DNA from: Phycisphaerae bacterium
GTDB lineage: Bacteria; Planctomycetota; Phycisphaerae; UBA1845; Fen-1342
Reading direction: 5' to 3'
Assembly: GCA_050115495.1 (NCBI GenBank)
Contig: JASFQK010000004.1
Location: 1-64,000, forward strand
DNA: 64,000 nucleotides
The notes below the pieces were generated by a model. That model was not told the origin of the DNA, did not search any database, and saw only the letters and a program-made list of their open reading frames with translations. How positions within the stretch are numbered: the first letter of the stretch is position 1; every line of letters starts with the position of its first letter. This document shows positions 17,017 through 26,857 of the stretch, in pieces. Position numbers and translations under genes: made by a program.

Positions 17017-19572
17017 TCAGCCCCAGACGATCAGGCCCTGCTCGTAGCGGTTGGCCAGATCCGCATGGTTCGGGACGACGCGGACGGCGAAGCCGTGCCG
17101 GCCGCTCGACGTGCAGGATACCACGCCCTGGAAGCCGTGCATGCCGTCGGATTCCTTTTGCGTGTGCTGGAGGGCGAGGGCCTGCCCGGTGGCGATTTCG
17201 CCGGAGGCGTCCACCGGACCGTGGTAAACCTCGACGGCCACGTCGTGCGGATCGATGGGGCCGAGGTGGACCTTGGCGTGCAGGGGGATCTGGTCGCCGA
17301 CCTTGAGGACATCGCTGCAGTCGGCGACGACGTTGGTGATGCGCACCTCGTGCCAATGGCTGCGGAGTCGGCGTTTCCAAGTGGCGAGCTGCCGGGCCAC
17401 GTCGAATTCGTGGTCGCGCAGCCGCCGCGAGCGCAGCAGGGCCGGGGCGTACATGGCCTCGGAGTACTCGCGCAGCATGCGGATGGTGGTGAAGACGGGG
17501 CAGATGGTGCGGATGGCCTCCTTCACGCGGGCCAGCCACTTGCGGGGCACGTCGTCGACGGCCCGCTCGTAGAACAGGGGCACGATCTCCCGTTCGAGCA
17601 GGTTGTAGAGCGACTCGGCCTCGACGTGGTCCTGGTAGCCGGGGTCGTCCTGGATGCGGCCGTCGCCGATGGCCCAGCCGTTCTCGCCGTTGTAGGCCTC
17701 GGGCCACCAGCCGTCGAGGCAGGAGAGGTTCAGGCCGCCGTTGGCCACGACCTTCATGCCGCTCGTGCCGCTGGCCTCGTGTAGCCGCAGCGGGTTGTTC
17801 AGCCAGACGTCCACGCCCTGGACCAGCACGCGGGCCAGACGCATGTCATAGTTTTCCAGGAAGACGACGTGGCGGCGGAGCTCGGGGCGCGAGCAGACGG
17901 CGGAGAGCTGCTTGATCAGCTCCTTGCCGGCGCCATCCGCGGGGTGGGCCTTACCGGCGAAGATGAGCTGGATGGGCCGATCGGAGCTCTTGAGGAGCCG
18001 GCCCAGCCGCTCGATGCTGCGCAGGATAAGGTTGGCCCGCTTGTAGGGGGCGAAGCGGCGGGCGAAGCCGATCGTCAGCGCTTCCGGATCGAGCACCTCG
18101 TCGGCGGTCTTGATCTCCGCCGGCGGCGCCCCGCGATGACGTAACTGGTCGCGCAGTCGGCGGCGCACCATGCCGATCAGGTGTTCGCGCCGCCGGACGT
18201 GGACGCGCCATAGCTCGGCGTCGGGGATCTCCTCGACGCGCCGCCAGACCTCGGATTCGGCGGGGGCTTCGGCCCAGGTCGGGCCGAGGTACTGATCGAG
18301 CATCTCGGCCATCTGGGCGCTGATCCAGGTGCGGACGTGCACGCCGTTGGTCACGTGGATGATGGGGATTTCCTGTTGCGGCACGCCGGGCCAGTGACCC
18401 TGCCACATGGCGCGGGCGACCTCGCCGTGCAATGCGCTGACGCCGTTGCTGGCCAGCGACATGCGCAGGGCGAGGACGGGCATGCAGTAGGCCGCACTGG
18501 GCTCGTCGCGCTCTTCCTGGCCGAGGGCGACGAAGGCGTCGACGCTGAGGCCGAGCTCGCCGGCCAGCCAGGACAGATGCTCCTTGACGAGCTTGGGCTC
18601 GAAGCGGTCGATACCCGCCGGCACGGGCGTGTGCGTGGTGAAAATATGTCCGGCGGTGACGGCTTCGCGGGCTTCCTCGTAGCTGAGCTTGTTCTCGACC
18701 ATCGCCTGACGCAGGCGTTCGAGGACGAGGAAGGCGGCGTGCCCTTCGTTAATGTGGCAGACGGTGGGCCGAATGCCGACGGCGTCGAGGGCTCGCAGGC
18801 CGCCGATGCCGAGCAGGATTTCCTGGCGAATGCGCATGCGCTGATCGCCGCCGTAGAGGCGCGAGGTCACCGTGCGCAGCTCGGGGGAGTTCTCGGGGAT
18901 GTCGGCGTCGAGGAGGTAGAGATTGATGCGGCCGACGTGGACGCACCAGATCTGTGCATGGAGCGTGTCCTTGCCGACGGCGACGGAGATGCGCAGGTGC
19001 TTGCCCTCGCCATCTTTGATCGGTGCCGCCGGCGTCGTGTGAAAGTCGTAGCTGGGGTAGCGTTCGAGCTGCCAGCCGTCCTCGGTGAGCTGCTGCTCGA
19101 AGTAGCCCTGGCGATACAGCAGGCCGACGGCGACGAGGGGGACGCCGAGGTCGGAGGCGGCCTTCAGGTGGTCGCCGGCCAGTACGCCGAGGCCGCCGGA
19201 GTAGATGGGCAGGGCCTCGTGCAGGCCGAACTCGGCGGAGAAGTAGGCGATGACTTCGTCGCGGCCGTCGGGGAAGCGGTCCTGATACCAGGCGCGGCTG
19301 TTGTGATAGACGTAGAAGGCGTCCATCACGCGGTGGAGCTGGACGATGTAGGCGTCGTCCCGGGCGGCTTGCTCGAGGCGATGCTGGTCGATCCGCCAGA
19401 GCATGGCCACCGGGTTGTGGCCGACCTGCTCCCAGAGGTCGACGTCCAGTCGGCGGAAGAGCTCACGGGCGGCGTGGTTCCAGGACCACCACAGGTTATA
19501 GGCCAGTTGACGAAGAGGTTCGAGCGGTTCGGGCAGGTGGGGGACCACCACGAACGTACGCACATGATTCAT
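17017..19572 (-). CDS. glgP: Alpha-glucan (glycogen) phosphorylase
   Basis: AYNLWWSW, YSGGLGVLAGDHLK, FARRFAPYKR, EASGTSGMK PLP motif. Confidence 0.96.
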   Translation of the reverse strand: MNHVRTFVVVPHLPEPLEPLRQLAYNLWWSWNHAARELFRRLDVDLWEQVGHNPVAMLWRIDQHRLEQAARDDAYIVQLHRVMDAFYVYHNSRAWYQDRFPDGRDEVIAYFSAEFGLHEALPIYSGGLGVLAGDHLKAASDLGVPLVAVGLLYRQGYFEQQLTEDGWQLERYPSYDFHTTPAAPIKDGEGKHLRISVAVGKDTLHAQIWCVHVGRINLYLLDADIPENSPELRTVTSRLYGGDQRMRIRQEILLGIGGLRALDAVGIRPTVCHINEGHAAFLVLERLRQAMVENKLSYEEAREAVTAGHIFTTHTPVPAGIDRFEPKLVKEHLSWLAGELGLSVDAFVALGQEERDEPSAAYCMPVLALRMSLASNGVSALHGEVARAMWQGHWPGVPQQEIPIIHVTNGVHVRTWISAQMAEMLDQYLGPTWAEAPAESEVWRRVEEIPDAELWRVHVRRREHLIGMVRRRLRDQLRHRGAPPAEIKTADEVLDPEALTIGFARRFAPYKRANLILRSIERLGRLLKSSDRPIQLIFAGKAHPADGAGKELIKQLSAVCSRPELRRHVVFLENYDMRLARVLVQGVDVWLNNPLRLHEASGTSGMKVVANGGLNLSCLDGWWPEAYNGENGWAIGDGRIQDDPGYQDHVEAESLYNLLEREIVPLFYERAVDDVPRKWLARVKEAIRTICPVFTTIRMLREYSEAMYAPALLRSRRLRDHEFDVARQLATWKRRLRSHWHEVRITNVVADCSDVLKVGDQIPLHAKVHLGPIDPHDVAVEVYHGPVDASGEIATGQALALQHTQKESDGMHGFQGVVSCTSSGRHGFAVRVVPNHADLANRYEQGLIVWG

Positions 19573-19706
19573 AATCTGGGCTCAGCACAAAAGGCCAGTT
19601 CGGCCGGCAGCGCCACGCGGAGCGGCGCCCGGTTCGCTCCTACTACCGTCGGCAGAGCGCTGCCGGCGGGTGCAGCGGAGACATGATACGTTGCGTCGGT
19701 CGATCG

Positions 19707-21041
19707 TCACAGGGCGGCAATTTCTCGGACGTTCCGGACGAATTTCTCAGCGATTTGCGGATCCCGGGCCTCGGCAAAGAAGCGGATGATCGGCTCTGTG
19801 TTGGAGGCGCGGACGTGGACCCAGCCGTCCGATAAGTCGACCCGCACGCCGTCCGACGTGTTGGGTTTGTGCTCGGCGTAGGCCTTGGCGACGGCCGCGA
19901 CGGCCTCGTCGATGCGCTCCCGCGGGCACGTGGCCTTCTGTTTCACCGTGGCGTAGTGGGGCAGGTCGGCGACGAGGGCGCTGATCGAGCGGCCGGTGGC
20001 GGCCATGAGCTGGAGGACGAGGCTCATCGCCGACAGGCTGTCGCGGACAAGGCAAATGCGTGGGTCGATGACGCCGCCGTTGCCCTCCCCGCCGATGACG
20101 CAGTTGCCGGCTTTGACCGCGCGGGCAACGTGCGCTTCGCCGACGGGCGTGCGCAGGACCTGCGCCCCGTACCGAGCGGCGACATCGTCGATCATGCGCG
20201 AGGTGCTGAGGTTGGCGGCGACGGCGCCACGCCGCCGGGAGAGCACCGACTGCACAGCGAGCGCGAGCGTGAATTCCTCGCCGATGTACGTGCCGTTCTC
20301 GTCAACGATGGCGAGGCGGTCGGCGTCGGGGTCCTGGGCGAAGCCGATGACCGCGCCGGCGTCACGAACGGCCTGGCCGAGCTGTGAGAGATTCTCGGCG
20401 AGCGGCTCGGGCGGATGGGCGAAGCGGCCAGTCGGCTCGCTGTTGATGTGCACCACCTCGCAGCCCAGCGTGGCCAGCAGCCCCGGCGAATGCAGGCAGC
20501 CGGCGCCGTTGACGCTGTCGAGCACCACGCGCGATCCGCGCAGCGGAGCGAGGTCCACTTCGACCGCGTCGAGGACGGCGTCGACGTGCTGTTCGCCGGC
20601 GTCTTCGCAGATGGTGATCGCCGGGAAGTCTTCTTTCAGGAATCGGTAGGCGCCCTGCGTGCGGATGTCGGCGATGCGGTGGGCACGCTCGGGGTCGGGG
20701 GCGAGGCCGAGATTGTCGAAGAATTTGAGGCCGTTCCAGGCGATGGGGTTGTGGCTGGCGGTGATGCTCATGCCGCCGTCGTAGCCGCCGGCGTGGATCG
20801 TACGGCCGACGGTGGGGGTCATGGCGATGCCCAGTTCGGTGACGGTGCAGCCGGTGGCGAGTAGGCCGGCGGCGGCGGCGTGGGCGAACGTTTCGCCGCT
20901 GGGGCGCGAATCGCGCGCAAGGACGACGCGGCCGCCGCCGAGCAGCGTGCCGTAAGCCTGGGCAAATTCGAGGGCGACCGCGGGGGTGAGCGTCTCACCG
21001 ACGAGGCCGCGAACGCCGGAAATACCGACCATCAATGCCAT
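19707..21041 (-). CDS. Phosphohexomutase (PGM/PMM/GlmM family)
   Basis: ITASHNP, DPDADR, GGEGNGG, RASNTEP. Confidence 0.93.
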   Translation of the reverse strand: MALMVGISGVRGLVGETLTPAVALEFAQAYGTLLGGGRVVLARDSRPSGETFAHAAAAGLLATGCTVTELGIAMTPTVGRTIHAGGYDGGMSITASHNPIAWNGLKFFDNLGLAPDPERAHRIADIRTQGAYRFLKEDFPAITICEDAGEQHVDAVLDAVEVDLAPLRGSRVVLDSVNGAGCLHSPGLLATLGCEVVHINSEPTGRFAHPPEPLAENLSQLGQAVRDAGAVIGFAQDPDADRLAIVDENGTYIGEEFTLALAVQSVLSRRRGAVAANLSTSRMIDDVAARYGAQVLRTPVGEAHVARAVKAGNCVIGGEGNGGVIDPRICLVRDSLSAMSLVLQLMAATGRSISALVADLPHYATVKQKATCPRERIDEAVAAVAKAYAEHKPNTSDGVRVDLSDGWVHVRASNTEPIIRFFAEARDPQIAEKFVRNVREIAAL

Positions 21042-21224
21042 GTTGCCAACCTCGGTTGTCGGAAGCTGTCTAACGGTTGTCGTGGTCCCGGCAGTGGAGT
21101 AGTCTGGCGCGCGCTGCGTCCGGAAGGGGACGCATTGCGAGCCAGGCTGTCACGCCGGCTGTCGGGGCAGAGCAGTATGCCACCGGCGCGGCCGGGCGTC
21201 CAATCGGGAGAAGGAGACGAAAAG

Positions 21225-21698
21225 ATGACACGGCTGACCAGAACCGGGCTCGTTGCTTTGCTGCTTTCGCCGGTGCTGCTGATGGGCGGTTGCGGCGGCC
21301 TGACGATCGACCTGGGGAACGGAGTGATCACCGTGCCGGGCGTCGGCGTGGTGACGATCGAGCTGATCAACGACACGGATTACTACGTCGATCCGCACAT
21401 CGTATTCGACGATGACGACAACTTCCTGGCGGGCTGGTTCCCGGCCGAGGAATTGGGCGTGCACGACCTGGCGCCGGGCGAGGTGTACAGCCTGGACATC
21501 GATTGCGACAACATCGGCGTCGTCTACAGCAACGAGCCCGAGCAGTTCGTGACGATCTTCACCTACACGGCGAACCAGTCGCGCATTCTGGTGCGCGATG
21601 ACGACTACGATTGCGGCGACGTCATTACATTCCAGTTCCTTGGGAACGCTGACGGATTCGACGTCGTGGTGGCCGTGAACGGCGTGGTCGTCGACTAA
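21225..21698 (+). CDS. Hypothetical acidic lipoprotein
   Basis: AAGGAG RBS, lipobox-like LMGGC, two further Cys. Confidence 0.75.
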   Translation: MTRLTRTGLVALLLSPVLLMGGCGGLTIDLGNGVITVPGVGVVTIELINDTDYYVDPHIVFDDDDNFLAGWFPAEELGVHDLAPGEVYSLDIDCDNIGVVYSNEPEQFVTIFTYTANQSRILVRDDDYDCGDVITFQFLGNADGFDVVVAVNGVVVD

Positions 21699-21805
21699 GG
21701 GCCGCGGATAGCGCTGGCGCGGGGGGCACACGATGGGGTATTGGGGATCTCTTTGCGCGCAGTTTACCGGACCTGAACACACGCGAGTTGGGCTCCGATT
21801 TTCTC

Positions 21806-21835
21806 TTGCCACGCGGGCGATGAGAGGCATACAAT
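21806..21835 (+). promoter_or_regulatory. Sigma70-like promoter
   Basis: TTGCCA-N18-TACAAT. Confidence 0.6.
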
Positions 21836-21841
21836 CCGCGA

Positions 21842-21990
21842 CGGCAGAGGAGCGGAAAGGAAGTACCTCGGCGGACCGCGCTACCGCCTCCACACTTCAA
21901 GACGGACATGAAGTCCCACCTGGTCTGGCGCCGACAGGAAGCAACGGCGCGGAGGCGACGGCAAACGGTTCACGGGGCCGGAGAGGGTCA
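21842..21990 (+). ncRNA. Candidate structured GGA-rich leader or sRNA
   Basis: Eight GGA motifs; hairpins ACTTCA/TGAAGT and GCGCCG/CGGCGC with GGA loops, enclosed by CGCCTCC/GGAGGCG. Confidence 0.45.
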
Positions 21991-21995
21991 GGGCC

Positions 21996-22664
21996 GTGTC
22001 GACTCGCCGCATGTCCGACGTGTTCTTGGACGTTTGCACGCAGCGTGATTACCTGCATATCAGCGGCGCCCATCCGGCGCTGAACGCCGCGCGCATTACG
22101 CCGAACTTGAAGCATTTGATGGCTTTTGCTCGCTGGGCGGGTGTGCCGACGCTGTCCTGCGCGGACGCCTGCCGGCCGCACCAGGTGTGCGGTGTGCCCC
22201 ACGCGTGGTGCGTGCTGGGCACGCCCGGGCAGCGCAAGATGAACTTCTCGCTGCTGCCCGATCACGTGGTGGTGCAGTCCGACAACTGCCTGTGCGTGTC
22301 GCTGGACGTGCTGCACGACCACCAGCAGGTGATCCTGGCCAAGGAGCACCGCGACCCGTTCACCAATCCGAAGATGGATCGGCTGCTGACGGAAATGCGG
22401 ACACGGCGCTTCGTGATTTTCGGCGTGTCGCTGGAGACATCGATCCGGCTGCTCGTTCTCGGACTGCTGCTCCGCCACCGGGCGGTGACGCTGGTCGGGG
22501 ACGCCTGCGGCTATTTCAACGCGGCCGAGGCGGACATGACCATGCGGCAACTGGCGGCAAAGGGCTGCCACGTGGTGAGCACACGCGAGCTGATCGAGGG
22601 TCAGTGGGCAAAGCTGCACCGCCTCGGCGGCCCCGGCCTGCGGCAGCAACGCTTCGTGGCCTGA
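21996..22664 (+). CDS. Isochorismatase/nicotinamidase-fold protein with atypical active site
   Basis: FLDVCTQRDY, LAKEHRDPF, FGVSLETSI, LVGDAC. Confidence 0.8.
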   Translation: MSTRRMSDVFLDVCTQRDYLHISGAHPALNAARITPNLKHLMAFARWAGVPTLSCADACRPHQVCGVPHAWCVLGTPGQRKMNFSLLPDHVVVQSDNCLCVSLDVLHDHQQVILAKEHRDPFTNPKMDRLLTEMRTRRFVIFGVSLETSIRLLVLGLLLRHRAVTLVGDACGYFNAAEADMTMRQLAAKGCHVVSTRELIEGQWAKLHRLGGPGLRQQRFVA

Positions 22665-22741
22665 GCGTCCTGACGCGGGGGCGGGGGGAGCAGGTAGGCG
22701 ACGGTTTCCCCCCGGGGGACTGCCCGCGTATATTCACACCC

Positions 22742-24067
22742 ATGGCACTACCGGTCGTCGTTATCGTTGGTCGGCCCAATGTGGGCAAGAGCTCGCTGCT
22801 GAACCGCCTGGCGGGGCAGCGGATCAGTATCGTCGATCCGCGGGCGGGGATCACCCGCGATCGCGTGTCGGCGATCATTGAAGAGGACGAGCGCTACATC
22901 GAGCTCGTCGACACGGGGGGCATCGGCATCATCGACGACGACGCCCTCGAAGAACACGTTGAGGAGCAGATCCGCTACGCCATCGGCCGGGCGGACGTGA
23001 TCGTCTTCCTGGTGGACGTGCGCGACGGAATCACCGCCCTGGATCAGACCGTCGCCGAGCAGTTACGCCGGCTGGAGAAGCCGGTCGTGCTCGTGGCCAA
23101 TAAGGTGGACGACGCGGCGCAGGAGCCGGCGGTGGGGGAGTTCGGACGGCTGGGTTTCGGCGAAGCGCTGCGCGTGTCGGCGGTGCACGGACGAGGCCGC
23201 GAGCGGCTGCTGGGCCGCGTGCTGGAGCTGCTCGGGCCCGAGACCGGCGAGACGCCGGGGACGCCCGTGATGAAGCTGGCCATCGTCGGCAAGCGCAACG
23301 CCGGCAAGAGCACGCTGGTAAACACGCTGGCCGGCGAGCCGCGGGTGATCGTCAGCGAGGTGCCGGGCACGACGCGTGACGCGGTGGATGTGCGTTTCGA
23401 GAAGGACGGGCGAGAGTTCATCGCCATCGACACGGCGGGTGTGCGCAAGCGGGCCCGCATGGACGACGTCGACTTCTATTCGTACCGCCGGGCGCTGCGC
23501 TCGATCCGCCGGGCGGACGTGGTCATGATGCTAATGGACTCGACCGTGCCGGTGGCGGAGGTCGATCTGAAGCTGGCGGCGGCGGTGCTGGAGGAATACA
23601 AGCCGGTCATCATCACGATCAACAAGTGGGACCTAGCCAAGGACCGGGCCACGACGTCGCAGTACGCGGACTACCTGACGCAGGTTATGCCGATGCTGCC
23701 GTATGCCCCGCTGGCCTTCATCACGGCGACGACGGCGAAGAACGTCGACGCGGCGCTCGACCTGGCGATGTCGCTGCACAAGCAGGCCCAGACGCGCGTG
23801 CCGACCGGGCGGCTGAACCAGGCCCTGGAGACGATTCTGGCGGCCCGCGGGCCCTCGGCCAAGCGCGGCACCAAGCAGGTGAAGATCTACTACGCGACGC
23901 AGGTGGCCGTCGCCCCGCCGACGTTCGTGTTCTTCTGCAACGATCCGGCGGCAGTGAACGAGAACTACCGGCGGTTCATGGAGAACCGGCTGCGCGAGCA
24001 CCTGCCGCTGGCCGAAGTGCCGATGCAGCTCCTGTTTCGACCGCGGCGGGCGCCGGCGGGGACTTGA
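22742..24067 (+). CDS. der: Ribosome biogenesis GTPase Der
   Basis: Two G domains (GRPNVGKS/DTGG/NKVD; GKRNAGKS/DTAG/NKWD) and KIYYATQ...PPTF. Confidence 0.97.
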   Translation: MALPVVVIVGRPNVGKSSLLNRLAGQRISIVDPRAGITRDRVSAIIEEDERYIELVDTGGIGIIDDDALEEHVEEQIRYAIGRADVIVFLVDVRDGITALDQTVAEQLRRLEKPVVLVANKVDDAAQEPAVGEFGRLGFGEALRVSAVHGRGRERLLGRVLELLGPETGETPGTPVMKLAIVGKRNAGKSTLVNTLAGEPRVIVSEVPGTTRDAVDVRFEKDGREFIAIDTAGVRKRARMDDVDFYSYRRALRSIRRADVVMMLMDSTVPVAEVDLKLAAAVLEEYKPVIITINKWDLAKDRATTSQYADYLTQVMPMLPYAPLAFITATTAKNVDAALDLAMSLHKQAQTRVPTGRLNQALETILAARGPSAKRGTKQVKIYYATQVAVAPPTFVFFCNDPAAVNENYRRFMENRLREHLPLAEVPMQLLFRPRRAPAGT

Positions 24068-24160
24068 ACCGCGGGCGGGAGTGGCTGAGAATCTGCCGGC
24101 GGAGCGGCGGGGTTGGTGCCGCCGCGTGCCGACAGGCTCCGGCGAGCAGAGGGTGCGACC

Positions 24161-24724
24161 ATGGCAATTGAGTTCCACTGTCAGCATTGCGGCAAGCAGG
24201 TGCGCACGGGCGACGAGCACGCCGGGCGACGCGGCAAGTGTCCCTATTGCCACAACAGCGTGTACATCCCCACGCCGAGCGATCAGATCGAGCCGCTGGC
24301 GTTCGCCCCGATCGACGGCGTCGACGAGGCGGAGCAGAAGCGGCTCGACGACGAGAGCCGCGGGCTGGCCCAGTCGATCCTGCACGAGAAGGGCGGTTCG
24401 GCCGAGTCGCGCAGCGATGCGCAGCGGGACGACGCGGACACCGAGGCCGGTCTTCGGGTCGGTGGCCCGCCGCCGGTCGGCGATGCGCGGCTCGACGCGG
24501 CGAACATGGAATACATGATTATCGAGTACGCCGTGTGCATGGCGCGCGGCGATCTGGCCGCGGCCGAACACCTGGCCGTGCAGATCCGCGGTGACATGCC
24601 GGCGGCGGAAGAAGTCATGCAGCGTCTGACGGCCGACGAGATTCCGCCGTCGGAGCTGGCGGATGTGCCTCGGCCGGTATTGGTGGGCTTCTTCAAGCAG
24701 CTCCGCGAGAAGAAGCGCAAGTAA
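24161..24724 (+). CDS. Hypothetical protein with N-terminal zinc ribbon
   Basis: MAIEFHCQHCGK...AGRRGKCPYC. Confidence 0.8.
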   Translation: MAIEFHCQHCGKQVRTGDEHAGRRGKCPYCHNSVYIPTPSDQIEPLAFAPIDGVDEAEQKRLDDESRGLAQSILHEKGGSAESRSDAQRDDADTEAGLRVGGPPPVGDARLDAANMEYMIIEYAVCMARGDLAAAEHLAVQIRGDMPAAEEVMQRLTADEIPPSELADVPRPVLVGFFKQLREKKRK

Positions 24725-24739
24725 CCGCGCCGCGGGGGG

Positions 24740-26767
24740 CTATTTGGGCGGAGCCGGGGGTTCGGTGAGGCTGAGGCCCTCGGGGATCCACACGGTCATG
24801 CCGCCGGGTCGGCGGTTGTCCCACGCGTAATACGGGATCGCGGTGAACGCGGCGCGGGTGGGGGCCTGCGCCGGGTAGTAGAGCCCGTCGCCTTGGTCGG
24901 GTTTGGCCAGGCGCCAGGCGGGGCCGGTGATGACCGTCACGCCGCCGAGCAGGTCGGGGCGGTGCTCGTCGGTGAGCTTGGTGTCGCGGGGGATGGCGAA
25001 GTCCGACCAGACGCCGCCGGGATTGTCGACGTCTTCGACGCAGTACACGATCGGGCCGCGTTGGAGGGCGAGCCTGCCGACGTTGGCGCGGACGCGTGGA
25101 TCGCAGGCGACACGGGTGGCGGGCATGGCCAGATCGAGGGTGACGACGTCGCCGTGTTTCCACGTGCGGCTGAGTTCGATATAGCCGCGCTGCACCGGGG
25201 CGTTGTCGAGTTGCTCACCGTTGACGGCGACGTGGTATTCGCCGCACCAGCCGGGGATGCGCAGGTAGAGCGCGAACGCCGTCGGTTCCGCCGGCCGGAC
25301 GTACAGCCGGACGGCGCCGTCCCACGGGTAACGCGTGTCTTGGATGAGCTCCAGCGACTTCTCACCGAGCTTGAGCTGGGCCTGGCTGGCGACGTAGAAG
25401 TTGACGTAGAGGTCTGTGTCGTCCTGGGCGTAGGCGTAGCCGCCGATGGTCGGGAAGAAACGCAGGATGTTCGGCGGGCAGCAGGCGCACTTGAACCAGG
25501 GCCTGCGGTGGCCGTGGCCTTCGCCGACGCCGGCGCTGCCGTGCTGCCTGGCACCGGCGCCCCGGCTGGCGAGCGGGTTGGCGTAGAGGAACGTCTCTCC
25601 GTCGAGCGCCACGCCGGAGAGAGCCCCGTTGAACACCACGCGTTCGAATACGTCGAAGTAGCGGGCGTCACGGTGCAGCAGGTTGAGGCGGTGAGCCCAG
25701 AGGGCAAGGCCGATCGAGGCACACGTTTCGGCGTAAGAATCCTCGTTGGGCAGATCGAAGCCGTGGGTGAAGCCCTCGTTATCGGAACTGACGCCGATCC
25801 CGCCCGTGATGTACATCTTGCGGGTGGTCAGGTCCTGCCAGAGCTGGTCGAGGTTGGTGAGATAGGGATGGTCGTCGGCGATGGCGGCCATGTCGGTCAT
25901 GGCGCAGTAGAGGTACATGGCCCGGACGGCGTGGCCGACGACCTCGGTTTGCTGCTCGACGGGGAGGTGGTCCTGGGCGTATTCGCCCCACGCGGGACGA
26001 CCGCGGTCATGGCCACGTTGTTCGATGAAGAAGCGGGCCAGGTCGAGGTGCCGCTGCTCGCCGGTGCGACGCCAGAGCTTGATGAGGGCCAGCTCGATCT
26101 CGGGGTGCTCGGGGGCTTCGAGTCGACGACCAGGGCCGAAGACGGTCTCGATGTGATCGACATAGCGCTCGGCGACGTCGAGAAGGTTGTGCTTGCCGGT
26201 GGCGTGCTCCCAGGCGAGCGCCGCTTCGATCAGGTGGCCGGCGCAGTAGAGCTCGTGGAAGCGGTCATTCGTCCAGCGCTCGCCGGGCTTGGCCACCTGG
26301 AAGTACGTGTTCAGATAGCCGTCGTCCTGCTGGGCGGCGGCGAACAGGGCGATGAGATCGTCCATTCTCTTTTCGAGGGCGGCGTCGGGCGTCAGGGCCA
26401 GAAGGTTGGCCGCGCCTTCGAGCGCCTTGTACACGTCGGAGTCGTTGAAGAAATAGCCCTCGTGTTCGCCCTCGACGCGGCCGGCGGCGACCTCGAAGTT
26501 GCGGATGCGGTGCGTCTCTTCGCATTGGGCGAAGACATGCGGCAGCGTATGGTCGCGTATCGTCCGCACGCGCGGCAGCCAGAACTCATCGGCGAGCTGC
26601 ACGGCGGTGAAATCGACGGGCGTCAACATGCGGGGCTCCTGTCCGTAAGCCGCAACCGCGAGCAGGACGCTGAGGCTGATGATCCCCGTAGTGACGATGC
26701 GTGTACTGATGGCTGGTCTGATCATCCCGGCTCTTTCGGGCGCGAAGTCTATGTCCACGTCTTTCAC
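24740..26767 (-). CDS. GH127 family glycoside hydrolase (beta-L-arabinofuranosidase-like)
   Basis: DSDVYK, HELYCAGH, GHAVRA, ETCAS, CACCPPN, IPYYAWDNR; start uncertain. Confidence 0.93.
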   Translation of the reverse strand: MKDVDIDFAPERAGMIRPAISTRIVTTGIISLSVLLAVAAYGQEPRMLTPVDFTAVQLADEFWLPRVRTIRDHTLPHVFAQCEETHRIRNFEVAAGRVEGEHEGYFFNDSDVYKALEGAANLLALTPDAALEKRMDDLIALFAAAQQDDGYLNTYFQVAKPGERWTNDRFHELYCAGHLIEAALAWEHATGKHNLLDVAERYVDHIETVFGPGRRLEAPEHPEIELALIKLWRRTGEQRHLDLARFFIEQRGHDRGRPAWGEYAQDHLPVEQQTEVVGHAVRAMYLYCAMTDMAAIADDHPYLTNLDQLWQDLTTRKMYITGGIGVSSDNEGFTHGFDLPNEDSYAETCASIGLALWAHRLNLLHRDARYFDVFERVVFNGALSGVALDGETFLYANPLASRGAGARQHGSAGVGEGHGHRRPWFKCACCPPNILRFFPTIGGYAYAQDDTDLYVNFYVASQAQLKLGEKSLELIQDTRYPWDGAVRLYVRPAEPTAFALYLRIPGWCGEYHVAVNGEQLDNAPVQRGYIELSRTWKHGDVVTLDLAMPATRVACDPRVRANVGRLALQRGPIVYCVEDVDNPGGVWSDFAIPRDTKLTDEHRPDLLGGVTVITGPAWRLAKPDQGDGLYYPAQAPTRAAFTAIPYYAWDNRRPGGMTVWIPEGLSLTEPPAPPK

Positions 26768-26857
26768 GGACCGCCGCGAAGTCTGCCCGGACGGACGCGC
26801 ACCCGACCGGGGCGCAGCGCGGCGGTCCCCAGACGTGCATGATTCCCGGCCGGCGGG

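Noticed and set aside
21957..21990. GGCAAAC suggesting a c-di-GMP-I riboswitch
   Set aside because: No GNRA-capped P2 or GACGCAAA/P3 elements
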